Below are positions 51,035 through 60,748 of a stretch of 64,000 nucleotides of DNA, piece by piece. This DNA is from Candidatus Poribacteria bacterium (lineage in GTDB: Bacteria > Poribacteria > WGA-4E > PCPOR2b). The notes beneath the pieces were generated by a model that was given only the letters and a program-made list of their open reading frames with translations, did not search any database and had not been told where the DNA came from. Position 1 is the stretch's first letter. Each line of letters starts with the position of its first letter. The stretch covers positions 4,736,001 to 4,800,000 of the forward strand of contig OZ244042.1 in NCBI GenBank assembly GCA_965215015.1, read 5' to 3'. The position numbers and the translations under genes were made by a program.

Positions 51035-52444
51035 TCAATCCCCGAAAACCTCATAAAGTACCTCGGAGGCTGCATCAACTACCATCTCCAGTGCCTCCGG
51101 TTCCAGCTTTGCCCAAAATCGCGTCTCGACCTCATGTCCACCGCGGGGGAAAGCATCGCGGATAGGAAGGTAACCGACATAGTGACTTGTGCAATGCGCG
51201 ATATACGTTGGATAGGTCGGGGAAGCCATCTTAATCTGCAACTGTCCTTCGACAAACGGCTCGCCCGGCAGCCCGATAAACCCCGTTTTTCCGACACGAA
51301 ACACCTGAATCTCGTAATCCAGTTCCGGTGCCCGCTCCTTTCGGAGATGGACACTCAGGATGGAAGCCGCTTTTATCCACTCAGGATCAATCTGCTTCGG
51401 ATTATCCTCCAGCCATTTTGGCTCTGGCTGCCGCTCCAAAATCTCCCGTGACTGTCTGAGCAACTCAGGTTCAACGTCCCGAATGGGTAACTTCACGTGG
51501 CGCAGCTTCCAATCTATGGACAAATCTTCTTCGTAGGGTAACGTTTCAATCACCGCCTGAGTTGTTTCAGCGAGAAGTTTTCCCATATGTCGGTGGTCGG
51601 GGACGTAGTCTGGATCGAACGGATTCCACGGATTGATGTTACCGCAGCAGCCGTTGAGGACGAGGGGCACACAACTGCTGCCGAAAGTTTCGCGCATCGC
51701 GTCCGACCATGCCCCAGGCCAGTCCGCGGAGACAATTGGTCTCGGAAAGATATTCACCGGATGGCAGGTGTGATGCAGCAGCATAGCAAGCATCTCCACC
51801 GAATCCGTTTGAAGGCACATCACCCCGACCTCCGGATCGGTAGGTCCCTCCATATAACGAATATAAGCGGGTCCCAAGGGTTCCTGCCATTTTGGGCCCG
51901 GCATACGCACCTTGTCGTCATTCAGGATTGCCCTTCGGTTAAAGGCAACCCGCCCTTCGACCCCGCTGCCGACCCGAAGCTGAACCGGCTGCAAAGAATC
52001 ATTTGCCTGTTTAATAACCTCAACGATACGTTCAAATGCAAAATCAAAGTACCGTGGATCACCACCACGCAGCCATTCCATCTCCGGCGGTGTCCCTTGA
52101 AAGCTCTCATCAAACATAAAATGTCCCAGAGATGGTGCTGAATGCGTCTGGGTCACATGTACCATGACAGCTTCCGGGTCAAGTCCACACTCCTCTGCAA
52201 CCGCCTGGCGGATTTTTACTGTCCAATCCTCGGTAATGATGGTGAGGTCCAAACTCACAAAGCAGATTTTCTTCTCACCGTTTTCCAATACCAGTGCCCT
52301 AGCGTAAAGCGGGTCGTAAATGTACTGAGCAGACCGAAATTGTCCAACGGCTCCGGCAAGATGAATATCGGTTTGTGGGGTTATGTCGATTTGGGCTGCA
52401 CCAGCGTGAAGGCGGTTGGATGTGGTTGGGCTTTGGTGTGCCAT
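51035..52444 (-). CDS. neutral/alkaline ceramidase-like amidohydrolase
   Basis: DITP, DPLYARAL, TQTHSAP, TCHP, SADWPG, GCCGN and LPGEPF. Confidence 0.8.
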   Translation of the reverse strand: MAHQSPTTSNRLHAGAAQIDITPQTDIHLAGAVGQFRSAQYIYDPLYARALVLENGEKKICFVSLDLTIITEDWTVKIRQAVAEECGLDPEAVMVHVTQTHSAPSLGHFMFDESFQGTPPEMEWLRGGDPRYFDFAFERIVEVIKQANDSLQPVQLRVGSGVEGRVAFNRRAILNDDKVRMPGPKWQEPLGPAYIRYMEGPTDPEVGVMCLQTDSVEMLAMLLHHTCHPVNIFPRPIVSADWPGAWSDAMRETFGSSCVPLVLNGCCGNINPWNPFDPDYVPDHRHMGKLLAETTQAVIETLPYEEDLSIDWKLRHVKLPIRDVEPELLRQSREILERQPEPKWLEDNPKQIDPEWIKAASILSVHLRKERAPELDYEIQVFRVGKTGFIGLPGEPFVEGQLQIKMASPTYPTYIAHCTSHYVGYLPIRDAFPRGGHEVETRFWAKLEPEALEMVVDAASEVLYEVFGD

Positions 52445-52560
52445 CGCAGATACGCTCCTCCCTCAAGTTTGCATCGTTAATAATGAACAACTCCGATTAT
52501 ATCATCTCGGCTAAAACAAGAGAAGCAAAATTATCACACCGTCCTGATGCACTTTGAAAC

Positions 52561-52629
52561 GATTTTGAACTTCTGTCGGCCAATTTTCCAAAATCGACAA
52601 ACTGTGTCGAGATATGAATCCCGACCTAC
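52561..52629 (-). repeat. composite REP-associated repeat (short variant)
   Basis: CTTCTGTCGG..ATTTTCCAAAATCGA block followed by GTCGAGATATGAATCCCGACCTAC. Confidence 0.68.
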
Positions 52630-52862
52630 ACGCTTAGACCAACACCCGTAGGTCGGGGCAGGGCAGCATGTGTGTATCATCGCGTTGACCTACGATAAGT
52701 CAAGAAAACCGCTTAGCTCAAAAATCTTGACGGATTGTATGGTGAATTAGGGTTAGGTCGGTCGTCTATGAATTACGGAAAGTATGAGCAGGTCGGTTTC
52801 ACTCTACCCCTGAAAAAAGGGCAGAGTAAAGTCAGGGAAAATTCCTCACCAATTTGCTATGC

Positions 52863-54890
52863 TTACTTCGCCTGCGCCCGCTTGCGGAGCTCATTCAGGT
52901 GCTCGATGACAGCCATCGGGGCTGCTTCTTGAAACCCGAGCTCATGCGCCTCAAGCATCATTTCCGATTGGATGGGGCTGCCTTCAAGCAAGCGTATTGC
53001 GTTGTCGTAAGCATTCAGCGCGTTCTTGGAATCACCGCGCTTGTGGCTGATGTCTCCCAAATAGGTGTAGGCAGCTGCAAGCCGTGGCGAGTCCGGCCGG
53101 CTTGCAATAAACTCCTGGAAGGTGGCAAAAGCATCGTCATAGCGTTGGTCTTCATAGTGGACACAACCAATCCGGAATTGCGCCTGATCCGCGAAGCTCT
53201 CTTTATACCCCTGTGCAAGGTATTGCACCTGTTTCGGGTAAGCTATGGTGGTCTGATAGGCTTTCACAGCCGCATCATATTGGTCGAGGGTACGATACAT
53301 CTCACCAAGTTGGAAATGTGCCATCATCGTCTGCGAAGAGGATGGGTAATCCGCGATAAGAGTCTGATAGGATTCAATTGCCTTTTCTGTATCATTGAGG
53401 TGTTCGGCATAGACAACACCGATTCGATACATAGCTTCAGCCGCCCACGGGGACTGGGGATGTGCCTCAATCAGTTGCCGGTACGCAGCAATTGCCTGCT
53501 CATCATCCTTCAACTCTCGCTCATAAATTTTGCCTACCCGGAATAGCGCGTAAGGAGCCAATGCCCCACTTTTTGACTGCAACTGCTGGATGGTGGCGTG
53601 CAACTCAATAAAGCGGAGTTGGGACCGGGCCCGCTTTGTGTACTCACTGTCGGGCACCTCAATGATAAACTGTCGTGTCAGTGGGAGTGCGTCAATATAG
53701 TTATTTGCAGCTATCAGTTCTTCTATCCGCTTCCACTCAACGCTTGGAAAATCTAACGCCAGTTGCTCAATCTTTGCTTCTAATTCCGTTTTGACGCGAG
53801 CTGGATCCTGGTCATATTTTCCGATTGCGCCCAAGTAGATTGGCTCCAAGTCAGGCAGGTAGGCATACAAAAATGTTTGAAACGCATCAATTGCCCGCCG
53901 ATAGTCCCGCAATTGTTCATAACAGACACCTGACCAATAGAAGACAGCGTGCATCTTCCAAAAATCCGGATGCTGTTGCGGGAGTTGCTCATAAGTCTGA
54001 ACAGCAGTAGCATATAGACCCTGCTTCTGGCGGGTGCGCCCTATTTGAAAAAGTGCTTCTGCTGCGAAAGGGCTCACCAGACGATAGTCGTCCACAACTT
54101 TCTGATATGCTTCAATTGCCAGGAACGGCTGATTCAATACCTTATCTCGTAGATTCCCGATACGCCACTCCGCTTCAGCAGCGAGTTTGGTATCCTTACG
54201 TTCCTGTAAAATCTCTTCATATACCGCAATTGCTTTTTCCGGTTGGTTCAGTTGATAGGGGCTGCGATACAGCTCTGCAATATGGAATTTCGCTTCAGTC
54301 GCAATGGGCGTTCCTTGGTAGGCTTGGATGACGCGCTGTTGGTCTCGCAAATCATCAAGGGCGGTTTGAATGCTATCAATCTTTCGCAAGCCGGTTTTAT
54401 AAGCAAGGTGAGTTGATGGGAATTGATCAGCAAGGAGCTGATAGGTCTGAATCGCTTCATCGTATTTTCCCATGCGACAATACACATCGCCCTTCTTGAT
54501 ATAACCGAGGAATAGATCTTCTGCCGTTGCCCCTTTGCTGCCCAATTGGATTATCTTGTCATAAATGCTTAACGCTTGCGGATATTGATGGGTATAGGCA
54601 TAATAAATATCACCCAATTTTTCGTAGATTCCGCTGAGTTGCTCAACACTCTTGATTGAAACCGCAAGTTCCTCAAGGAGCTGTGCTGCCTCATGATATT
54701 TGCCCCTTTCCAGCAGCGTGGCGATATTCTGAGCTCGCGTTTCTACGCTAGTAAACAAGGTCAGGCAAAAAGCAGCGGCCCAAAAGAACCATTTCAAGCG
54801 TGAAGCATAAAACGTAAGACGTAAAATAGGGTGTATTCTACCTATTGCATCACACGTCCTTGATAGTTTTCTGTCCCTCCATCTTTCCAT
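52863..54890 (-). CDS. large exported TPR-repeat protein
   Basis: More than 10 TPR motifs (e.g. AEAMYRIG, AQFRIG); signal-like segment FFWAAAFCLTLFTSVETRA; start uncertain. Confidence 0.85.
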   Translation of the reverse strand: MERWRDRKLSRTCDAIGRIHPILRLTFYASRLKWFFWAAAFCLTLFTSVETRAQNIATLLERGKYHEAAQLLEELAVSIKSVEQLSGIYEKLGDIYYAYTHQYPQALSIYDKIIQLGSKGATAEDLFLGYIKKGDVYCRMGKYDEAIQTYQLLADQFPSTHLAYKTGLRKIDSIQTALDDLRDQQRVIQAYQGTPIATEAKFHIAELYRSPYQLNQPEKAIAVYEEILQERKDTKLAAEAEWRIGNLRDKVLNQPFLAIEAYQKVVDDYRLVSPFAAEALFQIGRTRQKQGLYATAVQTYEQLPQQHPDFWKMHAVFYWSGVCYEQLRDYRRAIDAFQTFLYAYLPDLEPIYLGAIGKYDQDPARVKTELEAKIEQLALDFPSVEWKRIEELIAANNYIDALPLTRQFIIEVPDSEYTKRARSQLRFIELHATIQQLQSKSGALAPYALFRVGKIYERELKDDEQAIAAYRQLIEAHPQSPWAAEAMYRIGVVYAEHLNDTEKAIESYQTLIADYPSSSQTMMAHFQLGEMYRTLDQYDAAVKAYQTTIAYPKQVQYLAQGYKESFADQAQFRIGCVHYEDQRYDDAFATFQEFIASRPDSPRLAAAYTYLGDISHKRGDSKNALNAYDNAIRLLEGSPIQSEMMLEAHELGFQEAAPMAVIEHLNELRKRAQAK

Positions 54891-54908
54891 CCTTCCATTC
54901 CTCTTGTT

Positions 54909-55466
54909 TTAGGGAGCCTGCTCTGCCAATACCAGTAGTTGGAGCGTTGCCAACCGGTCATTACCCTTCAAATGTTTCATTTCGAGTGCTTCAGTGCGGT
55001 TATTCCAAATCTCCGCTTGTTGATACAGCTGAATCCTTTCGTGAGGCGGTTGTATCGGAACATCTAGCGGTCTATCTTGGCTGATAAAAACCGTGGCGAC
55101 CGAAATACTAATTACGAGCGCAAGGGTCGCTAGTGCGCTGCGAAAGATCCAAGCAGGCCTGCGTTTTACGAGAAACACTTGAAAGGCAGCAAAGAATTTC
55201 GAGAAGAAATGCGCTCGTTGGGGAGGTGGAGATTCTGTCGCTAAACGTTTGTAGACATTCCTCTCAATGTTATCAAGAATGACGGAGGGAATTGGCCTCC
55301 CTTTCGCTTCTGCGGTCAGGCGCAAAGTTTTTTGCAAGGATTGAATGTCGCGGGCACAGGTCGAGCAACCGCGTAGATGTGCCTCAATGGAGGCAACCTG
55401 CTCCTCATCGAGGAGACCACAAACATATTCGGTGTAGAATTTTTCTAACTGTTTGCACTCTATCAT
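54909..55466 (-). CDS. zinc-finger (HC2) transmembrane anti-sigma factor
   Basis: HLRGCSTC (HxxxCxxC) motif plus a TM helix; directly downstream of an ECF sigma. Confidence 0.85.
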   Translation of the reverse strand: MIECKQLEKFYTEYVCGLLDEEQVASIEAHLRGCSTCARDIQSLQKTLRLTAEAKGRPIPSVILDNIERNVYKRLATESPPPQRAHFFSKFFAAFQVFLVKRRPAWIFRSALATLALVISISVATVFISQDRPLDVPIQPPHERIQLYQQAEIWNNRTEALEMKHLKGNDRLATLQLLVLAEQAP

Positions 55467-55483
55467 TCAGCAAACTCCTTCGG

Positions 55484-56071
55484 TCAAATGTCATTTCCCT
55501 CCCAGAGGGGTAGTAACAAAGTCTGTAGTTTTCTCACCGCACGGTGCAGGTGAATTTTGACTGTTCCCTCTGCCATTCCAAGCACTTCCGTAATCTCCTT
55601 AATCTGTAACCCCTGGTAACGGTTCAACATAAAAACGGCTTTCTGTTTTGGCGAGAGTTGATCTATTGCATCACGGATAACCCGATGGCGGTCTTTTTCC
55701 TCAACCTCCCATTCAGGATTACTCCACAAATCAACGGCTGTTGGCTCGTCAATGGAAAATTCTTCATCATCGAGTGAGTAGGTCTGACGACGCGATTTTG
55801 CGCGGTGGAAATCAACTGACAGATTATGGGCAATTTTATAAAGCCAAGTTGAAAAGCGGGCTTGCGGTTTCCAAGTATCAAGCGCACGATATGCCTTAAA
55901 AAAAACTTCGATCGTCAACTCCTCAGCATCCTCGTAATTTTTCACAGACCTAAGCAAGTAGGCATAGATTCGCTCCTTGTATCGCTTCATCAGATCATCG
56001 AATGCATCCAAGCGACCCGCTTGAAACTGTGCAACTAGCATTTCATCTTCAACGATTTTATCCATAAGCAA
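55484..56071 (-). CDS. ECF RNA polymerase sigma factor
   Basis: DAEELTIEVF, FSTWLYKIAHN and GTVKIHLHRA. Confidence 0.93.
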   Translation of the reverse strand: MLMDKIVEDEMLVAQFQAGRLDAFDDLMKRYKERIYAYLLRSVKNYEDAEELTIEVFFKAYRALDTWKPQARFSTWLYKIAHNLSVDFHRAKSRRQTYSLDDEEFSIDEPTAVDLWSNPEWEVEEKDRHRVIRDAIDQLSPKQKAVFMLNRYQGLQIKEITEVLGMAEGTVKIHLHRAVRKLQTLLLPLWEGNDI

Positions 56072-56173
56072 TGCCCCGCGATTGATAGGGTGAGCAAATC
56101 TTTTTGTCTAAACGATGTATGCACCGGAACGGTTTACAACACGGTATTATCATTTCTACGATTTCTTAAAAAG

Positions 56174-56818
56174 CTACACACCCAGACTCGCCTTAGCGCG
56201 TTGCATTTCACTGCATAAGTGACGAGTTGCCTCCACTGGATCCGCCGGTGCACAAACCGCTGAAATGACAGCGATTCCGTGTGCACCGGCACGAATGACC
56301 TCGTATGCTGTTTCAAGCGTAATACCACCGATTGCAATGACGGGACACGGCGCAATTTCGGACATCCGTTGCAGCGCATCCAGACCCTTTGGCATTTCCG
56401 CATCTGGTTTCGAGGAGGTCTGATAGATAGGGCCGAACCCGATGTAATCAGCCCCTGCAGAAATTGCTTCTAGAATCTTCTCCTCCGTCCGCGCCGAAGC
56501 CCCAATTATCATTGTTGGTGGAAGAATTTGCCGTCCAACCGCAATTGGCAAATCATCCTGTCCAAAATGGGCACCCGTTGCGCCGACAGCGAGGGCAATG
56601 TCGGCCCGATCGTTGACAATCAAAGAGACCCCATGCTCCGCACAAACAGCTTGCACCGCCTGTGCAGATTCAACCAATTCGCGTCCACTCCCATCTTTCT
56701 GACGAAACTGGATGGTGTCAGCACCACCCTCAATCGCCATTTCTGCCAATTCCGGGTGCGTAAACCGCGATTGGATAGTTGTATCGGTGATGACATGAAG
56801 TCCGCCAATCTTTTTCAT
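56174..56818 (-). CDS. thiE: thiamine phosphate synthase
   Basis: QFRQK, VNDR, HFGQDD, GPIYQTSSK and AIGGIT. Confidence 0.93.
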   Translation of the reverse strand: MKKIGGLHVITDTTIQSRFTHPELAEMAIEGGADTIQFRQKDGSGRELVESAQAVQAVCAEHGVSLIVNDRADIALAVGATGAHFGQDDLPIAVGRQILPPTMIIGASARTEEKILEAISAGADYIGFGPIYQTSSKPDAEMPKGLDALQRMSEIAPCPVIAIGGITLETAYEVIRAGAHGIAVISAVCAPADPVEATRHLCSEMQRAKASLGV

Positions 56819-56870
56819 ATTCTCACATCTCTCATAAAATTCGCATAACCCTAGTTGTCACCTAAAGACA

Positions 56871-56998
56871 ATTTCGGACTTCTGTCGGTTGATTTTCCAA
56901 AATCGAAGATACCTAGAACATTATGCAATAGTCTAGGCTCAATCCACCCGGAACATTGCGCGAGCGGGGTTTTTGTCGAGATATGAATCTCGACCTAC
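56871..56998 (-). repeat. composite REP-associated repeat
   Basis: Shares blocks with 22805-22990 and 52561-52629; ends GTCGAGATATGAATCTCGACCTAC. Confidence 0.7.
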
Positions 56999-57054
56999 TA
57001 TTGACAGCGTTTCAAATGGCGAGGTTTCCTCGTGGACGCGAGATCCTCAAATTG

Positions 57055-57339
57055 CTATTCACCCTCAATAAGCTCGCCTGCCTTCTTTTTGAAAGCAATC
57101 GCGCTTCGTGACACCTCGACCTTCACATTTTCTGCAATTGTCAGAACGACAATATCTTTGTCCACACCCACAATTTTCCCATGTAATCCACCCGTTGTGA
57201 CAACTTCGTCCGCTTTCGTCAGGTTACTCAGCATGACTTGATGTTTTTTTCGCTTCAACTGTTCAGGACGTAAAATCAAAAAGTAGAAGATAGGAATTAT
57301 CAGAAGAATGGGAAAGAAAAAACTGAAAAGAGACTCCAT
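57055..57339 (-). CDS. yajC: preprotein translocase subunit YajC
   Basis: FYFLILRP...DEVVTTGGLHGKI. Confidence 0.93.
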   Translation of the reverse strand: MESLFSFFFPILLIIPIFYFLILRPEQLKRKKHQVMLSNLTKADEVVTTGGLHGKIVGVDKDIVVLTIAENVKVEVSRSAIAFKKKAGELIEGE

Positions 57340-57356
57340 AATTTATGTCCTCCAGG

Positions 57357-58385
57357 TTAAAGAATGAGCATTGCATCGCCGTAGCTATAAAAGCGATATT
57401 TTTGTGCAATTGCTTCTTGGTAAGCTTCAAAAATAAACTCACGCCCGGCAAATGCACTCACGAGCATGAGTAAGGTTGATTTCGGTAAATGAAAATTAGT
57501 GACTAAAGCATCAATGATTTCAAATTGATAACCGGGATATATAAAGATGTCTGTATATCCCTGATAAGGTTGAACGTTACCCTCCGCAGCAACTGTTTCA
57601 AGGGCACGCACAGAAGTGGTTCCGACCGCAACGATTTTCCGTCCTTCCCCCTTTGCGGCGTTAATCTGACTAGCACTTGTTTGGGAGAGCTCAAAGTACT
57701 CGGCGTGCATCTTGTGTATCTCAATATCTTCCACCTTGACGGGTTGGAACGTGCCGATCCCAACATGCAGCATAAGTGTTACATGGTGAATTCCATCTCG
57801 CTTGAGCTTATCCATCAACTCCAACGTAAAATGTAATCCTGCCGTCGGTGCAGCGATTGCCCCCGCTTCCTTCGCATAGACACATTGATACCCTTCTCTA
57901 TCCGTGCGGTTCGACTCACGTTTGATATAGGGTGGCAAGGGAACTCTGCCCACTTCCGCGAGGATTTTCTGAAAATCACCATCATATTTGAATCGGACAG
58001 TATAAAGACCGAGCGGCGATTTGGCAAGCACTTTTCCTGTTAGGGCTCCCTCCCCAAAGACAAAGCGTGTGCCATGCCTGACACGTCTGCCCGGCTTTAC
58101 CAGTGCCTCCCACGTATTCGCACCCTTCTGACGCGTTAAGAGCAATTCAACCTTTCCACCGGTCGGCAGTTTCCGTCCTATGAGTCGTGCTGGAATGACC
58201 TTCGTGTTGTTGATGACGAGCAGGGAACGGGGGGGGAGAAATTCGCCGATTTGGGAGAATTGCGTGTGGTGAATTTTGCGCGCCCCCCGATCCACAACCA
58301 TCAAGCGGGATGCATCCCTTTGCGGGCAGGGCTGTTGTGCAATCAGTGCTTCGGGCAGGTCATAATCATAATCGGTGAGTTTCAT
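57357..58385 (-). CDS. queA: S-adenosylmethionine:tRNA ribosyltransferase-isomerase
   Basis: PLPPYI, AAPTAGLHF, GTTSVRALE, TNFHLPKS and YRFYSYGDAM. Confidence 0.97.
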   Translation of the reverse strand: MKLTDYDYDLPEALIAQQPCPQRDASRLMVVDRGARKIHHTQFSQIGEFLPPRSLLVINNTKVIPARLIGRKLPTGGKVELLLTRQKGANTWEALVKPGRRVRHGTRFVFGEGALTGKVLAKSPLGLYTVRFKYDGDFQKILAEVGRVPLPPYIKRESNRTDREGYQCVYAKEAGAIAAPTAGLHFTLELMDKLKRDGIHHVTLMLHVGIGTFQPVKVEDIEIHKMHAEYFELSQTSASQINAAKGEGRKIVAVGTTSVRALETVAAEGNVQPYQGYTDIFIYPGYQFEIIDALVTNFHLPKSTLLMLVSAFAGREFIFEAYQEAIAQKYRFYSYGDAMLIL

Positions 58386-58606
58386 GCTTGTTACACTTAC
58401 GGCAGGATTAGATTTACAGTTCTCTTACAAATCCAATGAAAGACAATATATTTATTTAACCCAAGTTGGAGCGTCAGCGAAATCCCGATTTATTTGGGAC
58501 ATCAGAAACCAACGCAAGAGTCGGGAATTGGAATTCCCTCCTACACTACAGAAAAAACGGGCGGTAGGGGCGCACCTTCCAAATCGTGACCTTGACCTGG
58601 GTTCGT

Positions 58607-59632
58607 TTAGAAGAGCGTCGATTGATACTCAGGCAGCGGGTAGCCGAGGTGCTCATAAGCCGCATCTGTTGCCACCCGTCCCATGGGTGTCAAGGTCATA
58701 AACCCGAGCTTAATTAAGTAGGGTTCGTAGACTTCTTCAATGGTACGCTCATCTTCACTGACAGCGACCGCCATCGCTTTCAGGCCAGCGCGCCCCCGGA
58801 ACTTCTCAATCATCGTTCGCAGATAGAATCTATCATTGTCGTCCAAGCCGAGTTCGTCAATTTTGAAAAATTCCAGTGCTTCTTGAGCGATTTCATAGGT
58901 GATAACTCCGTCAGATTTGACGGTTGCGTAATCCCTGACTTTCCTCAACATATTCTCCGCAATACGCATGGTGCCTCTTGAACGGCGAGCCAATTCGTAT
59001 TCCGCATCTTCCTTAATTATAACGGGTGGCTGCATCAGCTGGCTGAGCCGGTTGATAGCAATCTGAATCTCCGCCGGTGTATAATAATCGAGATGGATGC
59101 GGTTGCCAAATCGATCTCGAAACGGTCCGCCTAATAAGCCCTCACGAGTTGTTGCTCCTACGAGGGTAAAATGGGCAAGCGGCACAGTAATAATATCTGC
59201 CGCAGGTCCCTGACCGATGGGCAAGTCTATTTTATAATCCTCCATTGCCGGATACATCGATTCCTGAACATAGCTCTTCATACGATGGATTTCATCAATA
59301 AAAAAGATTGCCCCTTCTTCGAGGGTAGTTAACATCGTCGCTAAGTCCAGGCGTTCCATCATGGGACCAACTGCTGACTTAAAGCTGCTGCCCATTTCAT
59401 TGGCAACAATCCGAGCCAATGTTGTCTTGCCTAGTCCGGGCGGGCCCACGAAGAGGATATGTGCTAGTGCTTGTCCCCTACTTTTTGCGGCTTCAATATG
59501 AATACGCAGCTGCTCCTTAATCTGCTCCTGCCCGATGAATTCATCAAGAGTCTGGGGCCTGAGGTTGTACTGGCTGTCCTCTAGCCCTTCGTTATCCGAG
59601 TTGTTGAGAAGTGTTTGCATCTCTTTATTCAT
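58607..59632 (-). CDS. ruvB: Holliday junction branch migration helicase RuvB
   Basis: LRPQTLDEFIGQ, GPPGLGKTT, FIDEIHR, GATTR and YEPYL. Confidence 0.96.
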   Translation of the reverse strand: MNKEMQTLLNNSDNEGLEDSQYNLRPQTLDEFIGQEQIKEQLRIHIEAAKSRGQALAHILFVGPPGLGKTTLARIVANEMGSSFKSAVGPMMERLDLATMLTTLEEGAIFFIDEIHRMKSYVQESMYPAMEDYKIDLPIGQGPAADIITVPLAHFTLVGATTREGLLGGPFRDRFGNRIHLDYYTPAEIQIAINRLSQLMQPPVIIKEDAEYELARRSRGTMRIAENMLRKVRDYATVKSDGVITYEIAQEALEFFKIDELGLDDNDRFYLRTMIEKFRGRAGLKAMAVAVSEDERTIEEVYEPYLIKLGFMTLTPMGRVATDAAYEHLGYPLPEYQSTLF

Positions 59633-59641
59633 TGGTCAGAC

Positions 59642-60235
59642 TCACTGATTTAGTCGAGCAAGAGCTAATCTAACCAACTCTTCCCGTTTTGCTGTAGGTC
59701 CTAAGATCTTCTGTGCATCCGCGATTGCCAGTTCCGCTGCGGCCTCCGAAGCCCCCAGGCCCACCAACACCTTCACACCCGCCTCCGTGTGCTCTTGGCT
59801 ACCAGCTTCATCAACCTTGGCATCAAAGTGAATCTTACGAACAGTGTTCTTGAGTTTCATAATCATGAGTTGTGCGAGTTCCTTATTGAGGCGCGGTACT
59901 CGCATCAAAGTGGCGTGATTGCCATCGAGGATTGCACGCTGGAATTCAGCGGGAGAGATTTTCGACACAACATTTAATGCTAAGGAGGGGCCCACCCCTT
60001 TGACCACGAGGGCAGTTTCAAAAACGGTGAGTTCGTCCTGGGACGTAAATCCATATAGCTTAACTTCGTTCTCTCGACAATGATAATGCGTGTAAAATGT
60101 GATTTCAGATCCGATTTCCGGCAACTGAGTCTTTGTGTTTTCTGAAATGTCAACGCTGTATCCGATGCCGTTAACATCAACAACGACCCGTTTCGGTCCA
60201 TTGATCGCTAAGATGCCCTTTACGAACGCAATCAT
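59642..60235 (-). CDS. ruvA: Holliday junction DNA-binding protein RuvA
   Basis: DVNGIGY, RE..LYGF and VKGVGP; lies between ruvC and ruvB. Confidence 0.92.
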   Translation of the reverse strand: MIAFVKGILAINGPKRVVVDVNGIGYSVDISENTKTQLPEIGSEITFYTHYHCRENEVKLYGFTSQDELTVFETALVVKGVGPSLALNVVSKISPAEFQRAILDGNHATLMRVPRLNKELAQLMIMKLKNTVRKIHFDAKVDEAGSQEHTEAGVKVLVGLGASEAAAELAIADAQKILGPTAKREELVRLALARLNQ

Positions 60236-60735
60236 GATTGAAGGTGCCTTTTACGCAGTTGAAGTATCTTATGGGAACGTGCATGACAAATTGCTATGGC
60301 AAGCGCATCTGCCGCGTGATCCGGACGCGGAATCTCTTTGAGCTTGAGCAAAATCTTGACCATCTCCTGGACTTGGTGTTTACTCGCTTTACCATATCCA
60401 ACAACCGCTTGCTTGACCTGAGCGGCCGGATAACTATAGACCTGCCGATTTGTACTTGCAGCAACTAGTTTCGTAACACCTCTTGCCTCTCCTACAGCAA
60501 ATGCACTGGTCACATTCTTACTAAAGATAACATCCTCAAGTACAAATAACTCCGGTTGATATTCAGTCGCCAACTGAACTAGTTCGTCATAGATAATTTT
60601 CAAACGTTGTGCAGATTCATCCGTTGACGCTGTCCGAATGCAGCCGAAACCAAGGGGGGTGAACGTTGATGACTCGGCTTTAATGAGGCCATAGCCGGTA
60701 TTTGCAATTCCGGGGTCTATTCCGAGAATAATCAT
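60232..60735 (-). CDS. ruvC: crossover junction endodeoxyribonuclease RuvC
   Basis: ILGIDPG, EARG, GYGKASK and DHAADALAIA. Confidence 0.96.
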   Translation of the reverse strand: MIILGIDPGIANTGYGLIKAESSTFTPLGFGCIRTASTDESAQRLKIIYDELVQLATEYQPELFVLEDVIFSKNVTSAFAVGEARGVTKLVAASTNRQVYSYPAAQVKQAVVGYGKASKHQVQEMVKILLKLKEIPRPDHAADALAIAICHARSHKILQLRKRHLQS

Positions 60736-60748
60736 GGTTAAGGGAACA

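Noticed and set aside
52854-53546. 230-aa + strand ORF and other long antisense ORFs (e.g. 25675-26283, 47349-47927, 51587-52141)
   Set aside because: They are shadows of well-supported genes on the opposite strand and show no motifs.
56819-57054. TPP riboswitch upstream of thiE
   Set aside because: No CTGAGA...ACCTG core was seen; the interval is occupied by a REP-associated repeat.
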